A DNA stretch of 64,000 bases, from NCBI GenBank assembly GCA_010093995.1, contig ML992505.1:1133147-1197146 (forward strand), in the 5' to 3' direction. Origin of the DNA: Elsinoe ampelina (lineage: Eukaryota). The notes beneath the pieces are model-generated. The model had not been told where the DNA came from and searched no databases. It worked only from the letters and a program-made list of their open reading frames with translations. Both the position numbers and the translations under genes were made by a program. Below, one piece after another: positions 22,880 to 36,586 of this stretch (positions are counted from its first letter, which is position 1; each line of letters opens with the position of its first letter).

Positions 22880-25800
22880 CTAGGACAACAAATTCCCAAT
22901 GTGTGGGCTATTACTCGCCCCGTTACTCTGCGCTGCCCTCGCAGCGTCAGCACTCAAGGGCTTTGGGGTCGACGGTCCTCCCGCTGGTTGCACGGCCGAC
23001 AGCGCGGGAGAAGTCCCCGGCGGCAATTGCGGTGTCGAGCTCGGGTTCGAGACGCTAGCTGGATGACCAAACGGGGATCCGGAAGAGCGGCCAAAGGGAG
23101 GTGGCCCTTGATGGTGAGGCACGTTCGAGTGCGGAGGGTAGCCTGACTGAGGTCCTCCATACTGTGGGGTCTGAGGATGGTGATGTGGAGGTAAATCAGA
23201 CCTCGGTGGCGGTGGCGGCCCTGGTGGACCAGGAGGGCCTGGGGGACCACCAAGGGGCGGACGGTTGTAGAATGGTGCGTTCGGACCATGATGACCTTGG
23301 TAGGGTGGGGGTGGACCAGGGTGACGATCATATGGATGTGCTCCGTTGGCCACAGGCATGCCATGGTTGGGGGGCGGGTGCGACGGATGATGACCATAGT
23401 GAGGCTGGGAGTATGGAGACTGCTGTCCGTAGCCCCATTCTGGTCGATGATATCCTGGAGGAGGCTGTTCGCCAGGACCACCTCGAAACCCTGGAGCAGG
23501 TTGATCTGACCAAATCTGCCGAGGACGAAGCTCATTAGGGTCAGAAAGCGAAGGAGGCCACTCCACATTAATGTTGAGCGGTTTGGGTGACAGTGGAATG
23601 CGCTGAGGCGGCTTGTTCGCGCGATGGTGACACTTGTGGCACTCATAGGCAGGCTTGTCCTTCTGATTCGGTCTTGGACCATCACCGTTGATGCCAATCG
23701 GAGCGTTCAGAATACCGTTCATTGATGTCGGAGGGTGACTGAAAGGTTGAGAAGGCAAAACCCACCAAGTCGGGCTGACATCGATGCCGCATTTGGCGCA
23801 CTTCTTGTCGACTTGCTCAGGGAATGGCTGATCCTTGTTCGCCATGGTAGGGCTACTGGGGTCTGCCTCATCAGGAGCAATACCGCCAACGATAGAATTG
23901 CGCGCCCTTCTGGCATTCGCAGTGCTGATCGTAGACGTGCGTCGGTTCTTGTCGGCAACCACCGAAGCAGCCTGACTAGCCCCTCTTATGGACTGGCTGA
24001 CAGAGTTGGCCTTTCTCGCGGTGCCTGTCAGTGTCTGATCGGCTTGCTTGTAATTCTCCACGTAGAGTTCGAGTGCTGTCTTGCCACTGTCATCCACCAA
24101 TTCTGTCATGGGATGGACATTCGTCTTGATGCTGTGATCTTTGCACCAAATGGCAGGAGTAGCTGAACCAGTCTCCTGACCCATCGTGACTGTGGTGATC
24201 TGATCCTTGCGAGAACCTTTGACGGGAGTGATGTCGAAGCCGAAGATGTAACCAGCCTCGAATGCGCAGGCCACATGGAAATTGCCATGACACTGCTGGC
24301 AGGAGACGCAGGCGCCTTTGCGACCATTCTTGCACAATTTGCAGATGGCTTCGTAGCGAGCTGCTGGAATCGCACCAAACCCCTCGGCCCTTTCAAGCTT
24401 CCTTGCATTGCTGAATTTGATCTCTGGTGTCCAGACTGAGCACAGGACGTGCACCCAGTTATTGCCGTCAGTCTTCTTGAGCGGCTCTCGAGGCTGCACA
24501 GATCTGTTAAGCTCTGATTGACGTCTTGTATAGTCGTTCTTCGCCTTCTCCATCAGGTCTTTCTCCAGCCGTTCCTTTTCCCTGTCACGATCCGTCTTCT
24601 TCTTGTGTGAGACTCTGGGCGCCTCCCACAGATCGATCGGCGTGAACTCAATTGGGCAAAGCGTACAAGCATAATCCTATGACAAGTCAGTTACGGAAAG
24701 CAGTTGAGTATTGGAATCCTTACAGTTGACACGAGCGGGGTCCGATCATTTGTGCACTGATCGCAGACCCATTTACTACCGATATTCTGATCAGCTAGAC
24801 CGTAGCAGTGCTTGTGTACAGTCAGCTTGCAATGGGTGCAAGAAATCGGCTTGTCGTCGGCAGCGTCGATCTGCTTACACACAAAGCAAGGCAAATCGCG
24901 CAGTCTGGGATGCTCGGGTATGATCGGTGGTGGAGGTGGTGGTGTCGGAGCCTTAGCTGGCACAGGCTTCGTCTTGACACCAGCAGTGCCGTCTGTCTTC
25001 GCCTTCTTCTTCGCAGGTTCGGATGTAGGATCAGGCGTTGTATCCATTGGTTCCGAAGCCTCTCTGGAGGCCATGTTGCTTTCGATCTGGAGTTCTCGAA
25101 GTAACTCCTCATCGATCCTCCGCTTCCATGCCTTCCCGCCACCCTGAGCAAGTTTGCGTGCCGTCTCATCTTGATCCTCCCACTGAATAGCATACTTGCG
25201 CCACAACCCAGCACAGCGTAGGCACAAAGCCAGGAGTGGTCTACTCGACTTGTCTTTGCTTGAACCCTTCTCCGCCGCAGCCGTCTGGCCAGGAGTGACA
25301 CCTGGTGCTCTCCTCCATTGCGGCGAATGCTTCTTGTTGCAGAATTTGCACTGAAACTCGCGCTTGTTTGATGCTGCCTTTGCAGAATCGAAAGCCGAAT
25401 CATCCGCATCATCAGCAACTTCTTGTTGAAGTTTAGTGGCAGCATCAGCATTCTCCTGCTTCTGCTTTTTGTTGGATTTTCTACCTCCATAATTGTCCCA
25501 GATCTGGTGTCCTCGTGGCGTCTTCTTCCAGAGGTAGTAGAATCGGATAATGGATGAAATGGGTAGGTGGGTCTTCATGTGCTGCTTGATCAATCTGTGT
25601 TCTGAGCCATACTTTGCCACTCCTTCCTCAAACTTGCGGAGATCATCATGCGTAAAGATGGGTTCCTTCAAGTCTTTACCGCGGTCGACCTTGGCGAGCT
25701 GGTCTAAGGCCTTCTTGTCGTCATACTTGTTGTCGATGAGCAGAGACAATGCTTTGTCCATGAGATTGACACCATATTCAGACACTCTCAATGGTCGAGC

Positions 25801-27864
25801 TAGGCTTTGCGCTTGTTGCATATATTTTGTGATAAAGTTCTCGTTGGCGGCAGGTGAATGCTCTTCATCAATGGTCGGCATCTTGAATATGAGCTCAGCA
25901 GTGTTTCGTTTGTCGTCGTTGGGGTAGTCCTCCCCACGTGCAACATAGCCGACAGGTTCGTCCAACACCCATTTGGGTCGCTTCGCCTTTTCAGCTCGGT
26001 CAGCTTCGATGGCAGCCAGAGTCTCCTTTGAAAGCTTTGCATCTTTCTTGTGACTGTTGGTCTTGACGTATTTCTTCTTGATTTCGGTTGGCTTGACAAG
26101 CTCGACTGGACGACCATGCCAGACGTTGACATTGGCTTGATGACGTGGACCAAGTCGTGAACTTGCTCTGGGGTAGATTGCTCGGTCGTCATACTGTAAT
26201 GCATCCTCAACTCTACAGTGAATGCCGAGGTATCGCATAGGCCACATCTTGGCCAGAGCAATCTCGGCCTGAGTAGCGGGATGCTTATCGACGTCGATCT
26301 CTTCCGGGCTAGGTGCTCGTGTGCTGTCACCCACAGCAGGCTCTTCTTCCTCTTCCTCCAGCATCTCTTCGTCGATCTCTTCGCCGTTGGGACCGACTTG
26401 AGGAGTGTGGCGAGCCTCGAGCTTCTTCTCTTGCGCCCTACTGCAAGGTCCGCAAGCCCATGCGAAACCGCGCGATGGCTTTTTGGGAAGTGGTGGTCGA
26501 ACACAATTCATGTGATAGCTGTTGCCGCACATGGCGCAGTCGACAGAATCGTGACTTGCGCAGTACTGTGAGCAGCGCTTGCATAGCTTGACAGCACTGG
26601 TCAATTCCTTGACCCTGCTGGCTTCGACGGCGATAAACTTCCATCGTTCGTCCAAGGCTTTCTTGACCTTTTCAGGCACGTTGATGACGAGCGAAGTAGG
26701 GATCACCTCGTAGAAACGACGGATGAAGCGATCGAATATTTGGTTGAACCAGAATGAGTCGGGATTCTTGCGGTACTGATCCAGATCATCGATATCTGAA
26801 CGATGCAGTATGCGACATTTACCGCGCAGAGAAGTGATTGGACAAATGTCGGAATGCATGGTGCCGTAGACGAGACGGGTGTCATTGTTGTAGCGCTGAA
26901 CATCCCTAGGTCGGTAAAACCAGTTGACTCGCATTTCCGTCACGGTAGAATTAGGGTCGCTGGAGTTGGAATGCACAAATTCCATGATTCTGCACAGATA
27001 GTATGGGTCGCCGGGTGGTTCCGATATGAGGTAAACATGGTCGTCGATACCAAAAGTGGTGCCATCATCGGCGACGAGTTTACCATCCTTGTTGAGCTTT
27101 GCCTTTGTCTTGTCGAAAAAGACCATATTTGTCTCTGGCCGACGTGGTGGTGGAGTGCCCTTTGCGAGCGATTTTCGCAATGTTGACACGGCAGGTGCAG
27201 GCGCCGGCGCCGGCGTTGATTGTTGGGCTGGAGTCGCGGAACCTGCAGCTTTGCGCTTTTTCGGATTTGACGCCGCGTCGCTCGCAGATCCCTCGTCCAT
27301 GGCCACGTCGTTGATTGATTTGAATTTTGATTCGTGCGCGTCTGATACACGCTTTGCATCTGCTGCGCTTGCATTCTTTTTCGAGTCTGACTTTGCAGCG
27401 CCTGTGTATTCAAAGTCCATTTCCTGGTCCTCGGCGTAATTCGGCCTGGACGCTGCACCACGATTTCGTGAACGAGTGCCATAGGACGATGCAGCCGCTC
27501 CATCATCGCCAGATGAAGCCATCTGTGAAGGTTCTGATGGTTGGGCGTTGGCGGCAGGCTGGGGTGTTGTGGATTTTGATTGCGATTCGGCGTTCCGATT
27601 TGCAGCCTGTGACGGCGATAATCGTGAGGTCTTCACGGCAAGTGCAGAGTCCTCTGTGGCGGGCCCAGACTCGGGGGGCTCCGACTTGACAGCAACATCC
27701 TTTGCTTGAGCAGCGTCGGTGGGAGTCAAAGTCGATTGGGATTGAGATGAAGGTTGGGTTGTGACAGTAGATGTGTCAGGATTAGATGTACTCGAGTCGG
27801 TGATGACACCAGTAGATGCTTGGGTGGCAGAGCCACTCTGGGCGCCGGACGGGGTTTCGTCCAT
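22880..27864 (-). CDS. SNT2: Snt2-type chromatin regulator / E3 ligase (BAH, PHD fingers, ELM2, SANT)
   Basis: BAH (EPPGDPYYLCRI..VNWFYRPRD), PHD (CAMC..YHMNC..WACGPC), ELM2 (SRLGPRHQA), SANT (FEEGVAKYG) and further PHDs. Intron 24677-24723 joins the two long ORFs in frame. Confidence 0.93.
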
Positions 27865-29995
27865 CAGTCAGCGCGCGTCAGAGCCGTATATTATCGTATG
27901 GGGTTCGCGACTGCCTCGAACGACACCATCGAAGCCAAGGTCGACCAAAGCCTCACTGAAAGGGTGATAAATTCCGAAGTGTACTTGGACGATGATCAGA
28001 ATGTGACTTGACAGGCTAGACGTGTCCACGAGAGTGAAAGGTAAAGGCGATGACAACGGCGGCGAGGGAAGCGTGGACCTTGATGACAGGGCTGTTTTCC
28101 TTCTGTAACGGGCAGATGTCCGAAGAGGTAGATATTATGCACAGGGCGACTTGGCGGGTCCGAGGTGGAAATGCGGCACGGACGGCAGGGGGGGTCAATG
28201 CGAGGTATGTCGATGGCACGTCTCGTCCAGGTTGGGAGGCGAGGAAGATTGGTGGGTGGGATATGGGTGCCGTGGGGAGAAAATTAGAAAGGGAAGAGAG
28301 GGGAGAGAAGGATGAACATGGTATCAGCAGTGGACTGAACTGGTAGCACGCGGGAGTGCAGGTGCGTGGCAGCAGCAGCAGGAAGAAACGGGCGCGACTC
28401 AGAGCCAAGGCGACATCTGGCATCTGAGTTCCAATCTCTGCGGAAGCCTAACATGCCAGAAGCGTCAGTGCAGAGGGCAGAGCGCCGCAAAAGGCCCATC
28501 GAGGGAACAGCTGGGACAGGCGGGAAGAGCGAGATGCGGCACGAACCCTTTCAAAGCCTATTGACGTCTACCCGCGCAATCTTTTTCCAATCAGGTCATC
28601 CGCGGCTAAGAAGGATGGCAATATCATGTGAGAACGCCAAACCAGCTGTAGCCCGGCTGATGGACTTGGGAGCATCGGGTCACTTCTGGCGCAGTCACCG
28701 CTGGAAGGGATCGACCATCGATCCGGCGGGGTGTTAGTCCCGAGCGTGACATTTCTGCGACAAGAGGTTGATGCCAAGCCAGGGCCATTTACGGTCGAGA
28801 CGACACGGTGGACCTGGACATGGCAAAGTCATCAAATCAATATTTATTCCATCTCTATTCGACAGGCCATGATGGTCACCGATACCTTCGACCGTGACCG
28901 GGTCTGATGACAATCGGTCTCGCGAGGGAGGACGTGGACTAGGAACGAGCGCAGGGTGCGCCACATTGCATCTTCTGGAACGTCGACAATCGACAATTAG
29001 CGGCACTAACAACAGCGGGCCAACGTCCGAGGCAACAAGTCGCACAAGTGACCGACTTCCTAGAGCAGGACCACCACCACTAGAGTCGATAGAGCATGGC
29101 TTGTGTTCGCAATCTTGGCCGACCGTAAAGAGTTTTGTTGGTCGTCCTGAGCGCTGCGAGACCAATGACATGAGTCGTGGTAGATGATGAGCCGCCCGGA
29201 AGCCACGCGAGACGGTGGACCCCAAGCACCCCCCAGGGCTGTCTTCAGCACGACCTCCAAAGCCATTTTTCCGCCTGACAACGCCTCGTATCCGGAATGT
29301 TGCCAGACCTTTTGCGCTGATGATTGATTTCTGATATCAAGGTGTATATCAATGTTTTTGCATCTTCAGAATATACTTGCATGATGTTTTGCCCTACCAG
29401 ACCGCCCCGACGGCGAGCCACAAAAGTCACACCGACCAATCGCAACAGATACAAAAAAGTAAACGTAAGACAGCCGGAAACCATGTCGATCGGAGAAGAC
29501 GGCTGGTAGGCTGGACAAAAAGTGCGAGGGCGAGTCTGCAGAGGTTCGACTCGATGAGGTACCGTGTGAAGTGTGAGAAGTGGATCGTTCGGCTACCCTG
29601 ACTGCTCGCAGCACTCGCCTCCCTTCGACAAATGTCAACAGTGACCGCTTTTTCAAGACCGAGGGTACTCGGCATATCGACAGACAGGTCATTTCCATCA
29701 CCGCAATAACTCGCAGAGTAATTCTTGAAATTTTGCTCAATTTCAAAAATTGCGACAATACTGCTCGTGGGCATCAGCTGCAGCGTTTTCCCGGGCCCGC
29801 ATGCTGCAGGTGTACCATCAGACTTGCGCTAGGCTACGGGTAGACCCACCCTCCCGCAAGCCACCGATCTCCCTCGCTTCCCCACGTCTTCCAATATCAA
29901 TTTTTTGACTCCCATCCTCGATACGACATCGGCCAAAAATTCACCACGACTTCACTTTGCCGTCTCGCATCCTAAGTGTCTCATATAGCCATGGG

Positions 29996-31403
29996 ATGCT
30001 CCGTTCACTTGCATCCGTCATGACATCGGCTTCAAAACGGGTCCTCATCCCACCAAGAGGGGTAGATTACAGAGGCAAAGTCGTGCTGGCGCCTATGGTC
30101 AGATCTGGGGAATGTCCTTCCAGATTACTCGCCCTCAAATATGGTGCCGACCTTGTGTGGGGTGAGTTTGCGGCTGCATGGCATGATTTTTGGCCAAGTC
30201 GCCACCCCATCGACGTCAAGACACTCATGGTTTCCAGGTCCTGAAACAGTCGACCGCGCCATGATTGGCACTACTCGGAAATTCAACCCCGTCACCAAGA
30301 CGATAGACTTCACTCGCTTCTCGAACAACGGCCAGAAGGACCACATCCCCGATCCTTCCCAGAAGGAATCCGTCATCTATCGCCTCCACCCCGAACTCGA
30401 GGGCGGCAAGCTCATATATCAGATCGGCACCGCATCGCCGGAGCTAGCCGTCCAAGCTGCATCTATAGTCGCGCCAGATGTCGCCGGTATAGACGTCAAC
30501 GCGGGATGTCCTAAGCCATTTAGTACTGCCGGTGGCATGGGTGCAGCACTGCTCAAAACGCCAGACCTACTGTGCTCCATTCTACGAGCACTGATCAAAG
30601 AGGTGGGAGAACCCAACAACATTGGGATAAGCGTCAAGATCCGTATCCTCGACACAGCGGAACAGACAAGGGCTCTCGTTACCCAGCTGGTGCAGACCGG
30701 TATCACGGGACTGACGGTGCATTGTCGGACAACACCTATGCGGCCCCGGGAGAGAGCCATACGGGATCAACTCAAGATGATCGTTGAGATCTGCCATGAA
30801 GCCGGAGTAGCATGTCTGATGAACGGCGACGTCATCTCCAGGGACGAAGCTGTCAGTCTGGCCGAGGAGTACGGCGCAGACGGTGCCATGATCGCCACAG
30901 CCGCCGAGGCCAACCCGTCATGTTTCCGATCAGCAGCAGATGGTGGCATTGAGAAATGGGAGACTGTAGTAGCAGAATACATGTCATACTGCCTCGATGT
31001 GGAGAATCGGTGGGGCAACACCAAATACCTTCTGGGTCAGATGATGCCGGGGAAAAGCCCCAAGTACAACCTCATGAAGCAATCAAAGAGCTACACAAAG
31101 GTCATCGAGCACCTAGGTCTGACAGAGAGGCTCGGTGAGAAGGCAAAAGAGGTCGACAAGCGGCTAGGGATGGGCGAGGCTGTGGCTGGAGAGCAGAAGA
31201 TGAGCAAAGCAGAACGGAGGGCGAAGAACAGGGAGCAGCAAGAGCTGGCGGAGAGGAGGCGGGCAGAGAAGAAGAAAGGTCAGCAGGCGAATGCGCAGAA
31301 GAGAAAGGCCAAAGAGGCCGAGCTGGACGATACACCCCATGATGTGAAGAGGCAGACGGCTCCTGGAACGGTGCCACAGCAGGCGAGTGTGCTGGCTGTA
31401 TAA
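29996..31403 (+). CDS. DUS2: tRNA-dihydrouridine synthase 2 (Smm1/Dus2 family)
   Basis: VLAPMVR, GIDVNAGCPKPFS..GMGAALL, SVKIR, TVHCRT and NGD motifs. Intron 30162-30237. The start may instead be 30020. Confidence 0.92.
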
Positions 31404-31573
31404 CGGACATCTCCAATCACGAATCAATGAGCAAAATGGCTTGCATGTAAATATAGATTTCAACTGAGCGACAAGGGCCAGGTGATCCGCAAGTGCGATC
31501 GTAACATCATGAATTCGTTCTGTGTGCTGTCCTGTCGATCTAGTCTGCTATGCTCATCCTCTATTCGTAGCAT

Positions 31574-34312
31574 CTATACCTCCTCCACCCTGACCTCACT
31601 CGCCAATGCATGCGTCAACTCCACCCTCACACCCGCCCCAGTAAGCACATCAATCCACATCCTCTGCGTATCCGACAAGCGATCATTCTCACTCTTGACC
31701 TCGGCAAACATGACCTCCCCCTTCTGACCTCTATCAAGCAACGCCCTCCTCCTCTTCCTCTCCACCTCATCCAAAACCTCCCCCCGCCTTCCTCCCACAT
31801 CAACCTCCCCCTTGGCCTCCCCATCCCCCTCATCCCTCACACACTCCAAACTCCCCTCATCAAACTCCCTCCAAAGGAACAAATCCGGCACCCCCCCACC
31901 CCTACTCCCATACTCCTGCGCCAAAACCTTCAACACAGTCGCCAACGCCTCGGGGGCCCAACAGCGCACGATCCTCCTCACCTCCCCCTCGTCAAACCCC
32001 CAATCCACACCGACCACACACGTCCTCCGCTCTCTATTCGCCTCATACCACCTCCCCACCACCTCCCCGGCGCGCCCATTCGCCACCTCCCTCAACCTCC
32101 CCTCCACCTCCCCGATCCGCGTGGCGTAAAACCCATCCGTGTGCAAATCCAGCGGACAAGTCTGGAACTCGGTCTGGAACACGTTCGGGACGTAGGCGAA
32201 CATGACGTCGCTCATGATGGCGCCGAACAAGGTGCGCACGAGGGAGGATTCGCAGGGGTAGCCCCGCCAGCCTTGGGACCGGTAGTGCGAGAGGCACATT
32301 TGTTCGACGCTGACGGGGGAGGAGGACGTGGCGACCGAAGGGGGAAGGGCGGGGTCGAGCCAGAGGGTTTTGGCGCCTTTGCGGTTGGTTGGGGGGGCGC
32401 CGGGAGGGGGCAGGGGGAGGGAGGAGTCGGATTTGCGGTGTGAGGAGGGGTGGGAGCGGATGATTTGGATGCCGTGGAAGGTGGTTTCGAAGGGTTTGGC
32501 GAGGCGGACGTGGCCAAAGTCGTGCTGGGAGCGTTTGGGGATTTTGAGGGATTTTTCCAGTTTGGTGATGCGTTTTTGGAGGTCGTGGTGGAAGATGAGG
32601 TGGGTGAGGGGGTCTTGGAGGCCGGTTTCGCAGGTGCTGAGGGCGATGCGTTTCCAGTGTTTCTTCTGGGATTCTGGGTCGCGGCCTTCGCTGGGGTGGA
32701 GGATGTGCATGTAGTGCTCTTCGAGGAGGGCTTTGCGTTGATACCAGTCGCCGCGTCGAGAGGTATGGAAGAGCTTTTGCGAGAGGAGAGTGGTGAGGAT
32801 CTCGTGCTCTCGTAGGTGGTGCTTGAACTTGCCGAGCACGACTGCGCCTTTGTGGACGATGCGAGTATACACCCAGGCTGGACTGAGACGGCGAAGGTAG
32901 GCACCTTCTCCTGTGGCGTAGATGCTGTCTTCCTTTCGTTGCTCTTCTGCCAAAAGAGTTTGCCATCGTGGGAGTACTTCTTCAAAGATGTCGAGGACCG
33001 TCTGCAGAGTATCTGTAGTCGACGTCCCGTTGAACTCCAAGATATTGTCCACCCTAAATTGAGTCCGTATCGACGCTTCAAACTCCAGCAGGATAGGTCG
33101 AGAAGGAAAGATGTTCGCCGACCTTGACACCAGATAGCTCGGAAAGTTCCATCTTGAGATCCTTGCTAGTATGATAGTCGTCAATGACTTCTCCGTCCAC
33201 TCCGTCGATCGGTAGAACACCAGATGCACCCTCTCAAACAGCTTCAACACCGGCAAAGAAAGCCGTATACACGGCCCCGTCTCAGCCATGATCTTCCCAA
33301 CAAAATGCGCATCCCTATTCTCCCTCGGTGTACTCGCACCACTATCGGACTCCCCCCTCGAGTCTACCGACGCCATCGACTCTTCCGTATCCGACCTCTT
33401 CAAGAACCCCAAGCCCGTCTGCTTCCCACTCGTCCTCCTCAAAGCCCTCAACAACTCCGTCTTATTCTTCCCCTGCACCTTCGCCTCCTTCGCAATCGCC
33501 TTGAGCTCATCAAGCAACAACAAGGACGAAGCCTCCTCCAACGTGGTGATGCACTCTTCCGACCGATCCGCAAACGTATAGCTCTCCCCCTCTACACCCT
33601 CATCCGGCGGATCCCACTCCCCCGGCCCCTCATGCCCCTCGACTTTCACCTCCGGCAACACCCTCGTCCGCTGCAACTCGACAATCGCATTCTCCATATA
33701 TGCGATATCGCTGTAGTACCCCAGTCTTCCCACGCGATGCCAACTCGCTGTCTTTCTCAGAAACAGTCTGACGTAGAGATACTGCGCCTCGTATGCCAGG
33801 CTTTGCCAGTCGGCGAACACCCTCCTCTCGGCGTCGTTGAAGAGGTGGCTCTCGTCCTCCAACACCGTCTCGAGAGCCAGGTTGAACGCGTCCACGTAGA
33901 TCGAGCTCTTTCCGCGCACCCATTTTCGTGCTTTGAGTCGGCTGTCTGCGTCGTCGAGACCGGATTGTTCGGCGACTTCGGCGGATCGTGTCGCTTCGTA
34001 GGCGGCGATGGCTTCTTTGTCGGTGCGGATTGGGGGGAGGGCGGTCTCGATGTCGGTTTTCTTGTCTGCAGGGGCGGGGGCGAGGTCTTCGCTGTCGGCA
34101 TCGGTGTCAGAGTCGGGGATGGTACGGTCATGGCTGGGTTCGCGCTTGATGGAGGAGAGGAGGTCGAGGTCGTCGTCGGGGGGGCTGCGTTTTATGCGCT
34201 TCAGAGGGCGCTTTTCAAAGTCGTCTGCGCCGACGAAGTTGGTGGACGGTGGATGGGAGATTTTGGTCCCGACCATGGCATTGTGCTTGGAGGGGCTACG
34301 GTCGGAGAGCAT
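31574..34312 (-). CDS. FAN1: Fanconi-associated nuclease 1 (VRR-NUC domain)
   Basis: LYVRLFLRK, SAP-like segment, FQTCPLDL and the PD-(D/E)XK nuclease motif GGVPDLFLW..FAEVKSENDRLSDTQRMW. Confidence 0.93.
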   Translation of the reverse strand: MLSDRSPSKHNAMVGTKISHPPSTNFVGADDFEKRPLKRIKRSPPDDDLDLLSSIKREPSHDRTIPDSDTDADSEDLAPAPADKKTDIETALPPIRTDKEAIAAYEATRSAEVAEQSGLDDADSRLKARKWVRGKSSIYVDAFNLALETVLEDESHLFNDAERRVFADWQSLAYEAQYLYVRLFLRKTASWHRVGRLGYYSDIAYMENAIVELQRTRVLPEVKVEGHEGPGEWDPPDEGVEGESYTFADRSEECITTLEEASSLLLLDELKAIAKEAKVQGKNKTELLRALRRTSGKQTGLGFLKRSDTEESMASVDSRGESDSGASTPRENRDAHFVGKIMAETGPCIRLSLPVLKLFERVHLVFYRSTEWTEKSLTTIILARISRWNFPSYLVSRSANIFPSRPILLEFEASIRTQFRVDNILEFNGTSTTDTLQTVLDIFEEVLPRWQTLLAEEQRKEDSIYATGEGAYLRRLSPAWVYTRIVHKGAVVLGKFKHHLREHEILTTLLSQKLFHTSRRGDWYQRKALLEEHYMHILHPSEGRDPESQKKHWKRIALSTCETGLQDPLTHLIFHHDLQKRITKLEKSLKIPKRSQHDFGHVRLAKPFETTFHGIQIIRSHPSSHRKSDSSLPLPPPGAPPTNRKGAKTLWLDPALPPSVATSSSPVSVEQMCLSHYRSQGWRGYPCESSLVRTLFGAIMSDVMFAYVPNVFQTEFQTCPLDLHTDGFYATRIGEVEGRLREVANGRAGEVVGRWYEANRERRTCVVGVDWGFDEGEVRRIVRCWAPEALATVLKVLAQEYGSRGGGVPDLFLWREFDEGSLECVRDEGDGEAKGEVDVGGRRGEVLDEVERKRRRALLDRGQKGEVMFAEVKSENDRLSDTQRMWIDVLTGAGVRVELTHALASEVRVEEV

Positions 34313-34482
34313 GGTGGCAGCACATGGTTGTTACCGTTGAGGTGTGATGTAAGGACTGAAGTTCTGTAGGTGGAACTTCGCGACCCCGCGTCAGCTTGGA
34401 CGCGAGATCACGTGGTTCAATTAGGGGTATCATTTTTGCTCTATATCTCATCAAAGACTTGGGCTACAGGAGTCAAATGACT

Positions 34483-36077
34483 TTATGTTCCTGAGCCCTC
34501 GCCGCTGCCTTTCTGTACCATTCGCGGACTTGCAACTCTGGGACTGTTCTGAACACTCCCTCCTCTCCCGCCCTTCATTAGACTGGCAAAATATGCTTCC
34601 AGATTTTCTACTGGTATGTCCTTCCCAGCTTCGAATGATGGCGGAGAGCCTGGAGTGAACGGCGTACTCTCGCGCGTCCGAGTCCTTTCTGGCGTGCCTT
34701 GTGCCTGGCCGGATCCTTGCTTTGTTCTCTCCTGTACCAGGTCAGACCAAGCCTATATCTGTTCGCAACTGAACAAACCTTGATCCTCTTCAGCGCCTCA
34801 TCAGCATCGTACTGAATACCTCCCATGTTGAATTGCACAGGTCCAATCTGCTCGTCAATAGACGGCCGCCCGCTGCTGTCTTCCGGCACGTTTGTCCTCC
34901 TCGTCTGGGATCTCTGCTTCTTCGCCGTTTCGTCCTCTGCTCGGAACGCCTCCAATCTCTCCATCTGTGCCCCTAGGAATGTCTGATCGGGAGTATGCTC
35001 AACCTCGATCTTCGGCTTCTCCTTGTCCTCGACCTTTGGATTGGCGACTCTCGAAGCCCACAGCTCCTCTGTTGTACTTCCTTCCTTCTCATTTGTGCTT
35101 CCCTCAACATCTACACCCCAAGCTCTGCTCACACCTTCAATGTCAAAGCCTTCTCTAAGTACCCTGATCTTGCCCCAACTGTCCCAGCCAGCAGGTACAA
35201 CCACCTTTTCACGGTCCACCACATTGTGCTTCACCCCCTTCCTCTCCTCTTCCACTTTCAGACCCCTGTACACGACCGCTCTGATCCCCTCATCCCCTCC
35301 TGGAGCAGCGTAAACAATGCCCATGCCATGCTTCAGCCCACCTGTCCGAAGGAATTGCAGCACAAAGTCGAACTCTCCCTCCCTCCACCCGTTCTTTTCC
35401 AGTCCCTCCATTGCTACTACATTTCCCACCACGATCGTCACAGGCAGTCCAAGTGGATCGTCAAATTCGCCGGGAGTCAAGGGAGTCCGAGTCACTCCAT
35501 CAGTGATACTCGTCTGTGCATCCTCATCCCTCCTCTTGAGCCACTCAGTGTTGTTGTCTTCCAGCAAATGCTGGCTTTCTACACTGAGTGACGCGACAGC
35601 AGTCTTGAGCAGCCTTATCCATGCTAGGAGCTCAGGTATGAAGGACCACGGTTTTGACCAGTCCAAGAGGAGTATCACTGATGTGTTCGGTATGGCGGAG
35701 GGTGTAAGCAGACGGGTAAGAAGAGGTGCATAGGCGGTTGAAGGTGAAGGAAGAGTGTGGATGTTCACTCGCGCAAGAGTATCCTCGCCATCGGAAGAGG
35801 GCAGGTCGCGGTACGTATAACCGAGGGCGTGAGTGTTTGCTAAGGGAATGGTGCGAGGTCGTTCGCGCCGGGAAGGAGGTGCTGGGGGAAACAGCTGGGT
35901 GATGAGGTCTGATTGTGACGAGGGCGAGGAGCCGAGGAGAAGGAGATGTCGCTCTGGTATTCGATGGCGGGTCGAGACTGTGGAGAGGAGAGTTGACCAG
36001 ATTGGAGGTGAAGGCTTGATTGTGCTAGCTATCCGATTATGGTTCGTTGCTCTGGATGTGGGTTGGAAAGTCGTCAT
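34483..36077 (-). CDS. Cytoplasmic dynein light intermediate chain
   Basis: IWSTLL, ALGYTY, LLDWSKPW, FDFVLQFLRT..LKHG and VVPAGWDSWGKIRVL. Intron 34732-34778 extends the ORF to a stop at 34483 (..LEAYFASLMK..). Confidence 0.85.
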
Positions 36078-36586
36078 ATTGGTAGAGATGAGGCGCTGTA
36101 TGACCGCCACATGTTCGAACCGAATCGTGGCCGATGCTGCCTAATGTTGTAGCCCTTTCCTCGACGAAAGTTGCAATGTACGAAAGACAATCATTCATGT
36201 ATAGAAATCGGAGAGCTGCAACAGAAACGCGGAGCAGCTGCGGAGACGCGCCCTCAGCCAATCACATTGCAGCAGCCATGATGACCAGTTCAGCCGCCTT
36301 GCTCTTCTCTGTGACATAGGTGCATAATGCATCTAATCTTAATAATGACTTTGATTGCTACTCGATACGCTCAAACACAGTAAGTAAGTATACTGCTTTT
36401 CCATTTCCATTGTCTCCATGTTATCCGCTGTTAGCCAGACTTCCAGCTAAGGTTGCCACCCTGCAGAATATACGCTATGGGGCACAATCACCATCGTAAG
36501 GAGTGATAGGATCAATCTGTTCAGATACATCGGCCTGTAATAGCCGTACACAGCGTCGAAGCTAGTCTCTGGCTTCTCAATTTACC

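Noticed and set aside
31610..34369. Long antisense or alternative-frame ORFs over FAN1 (similar ones lie over GH16, the PLC-like and GST genes)
   Set aside because: Shadow ORFs caused by the C/G skew, which depletes stop codons.
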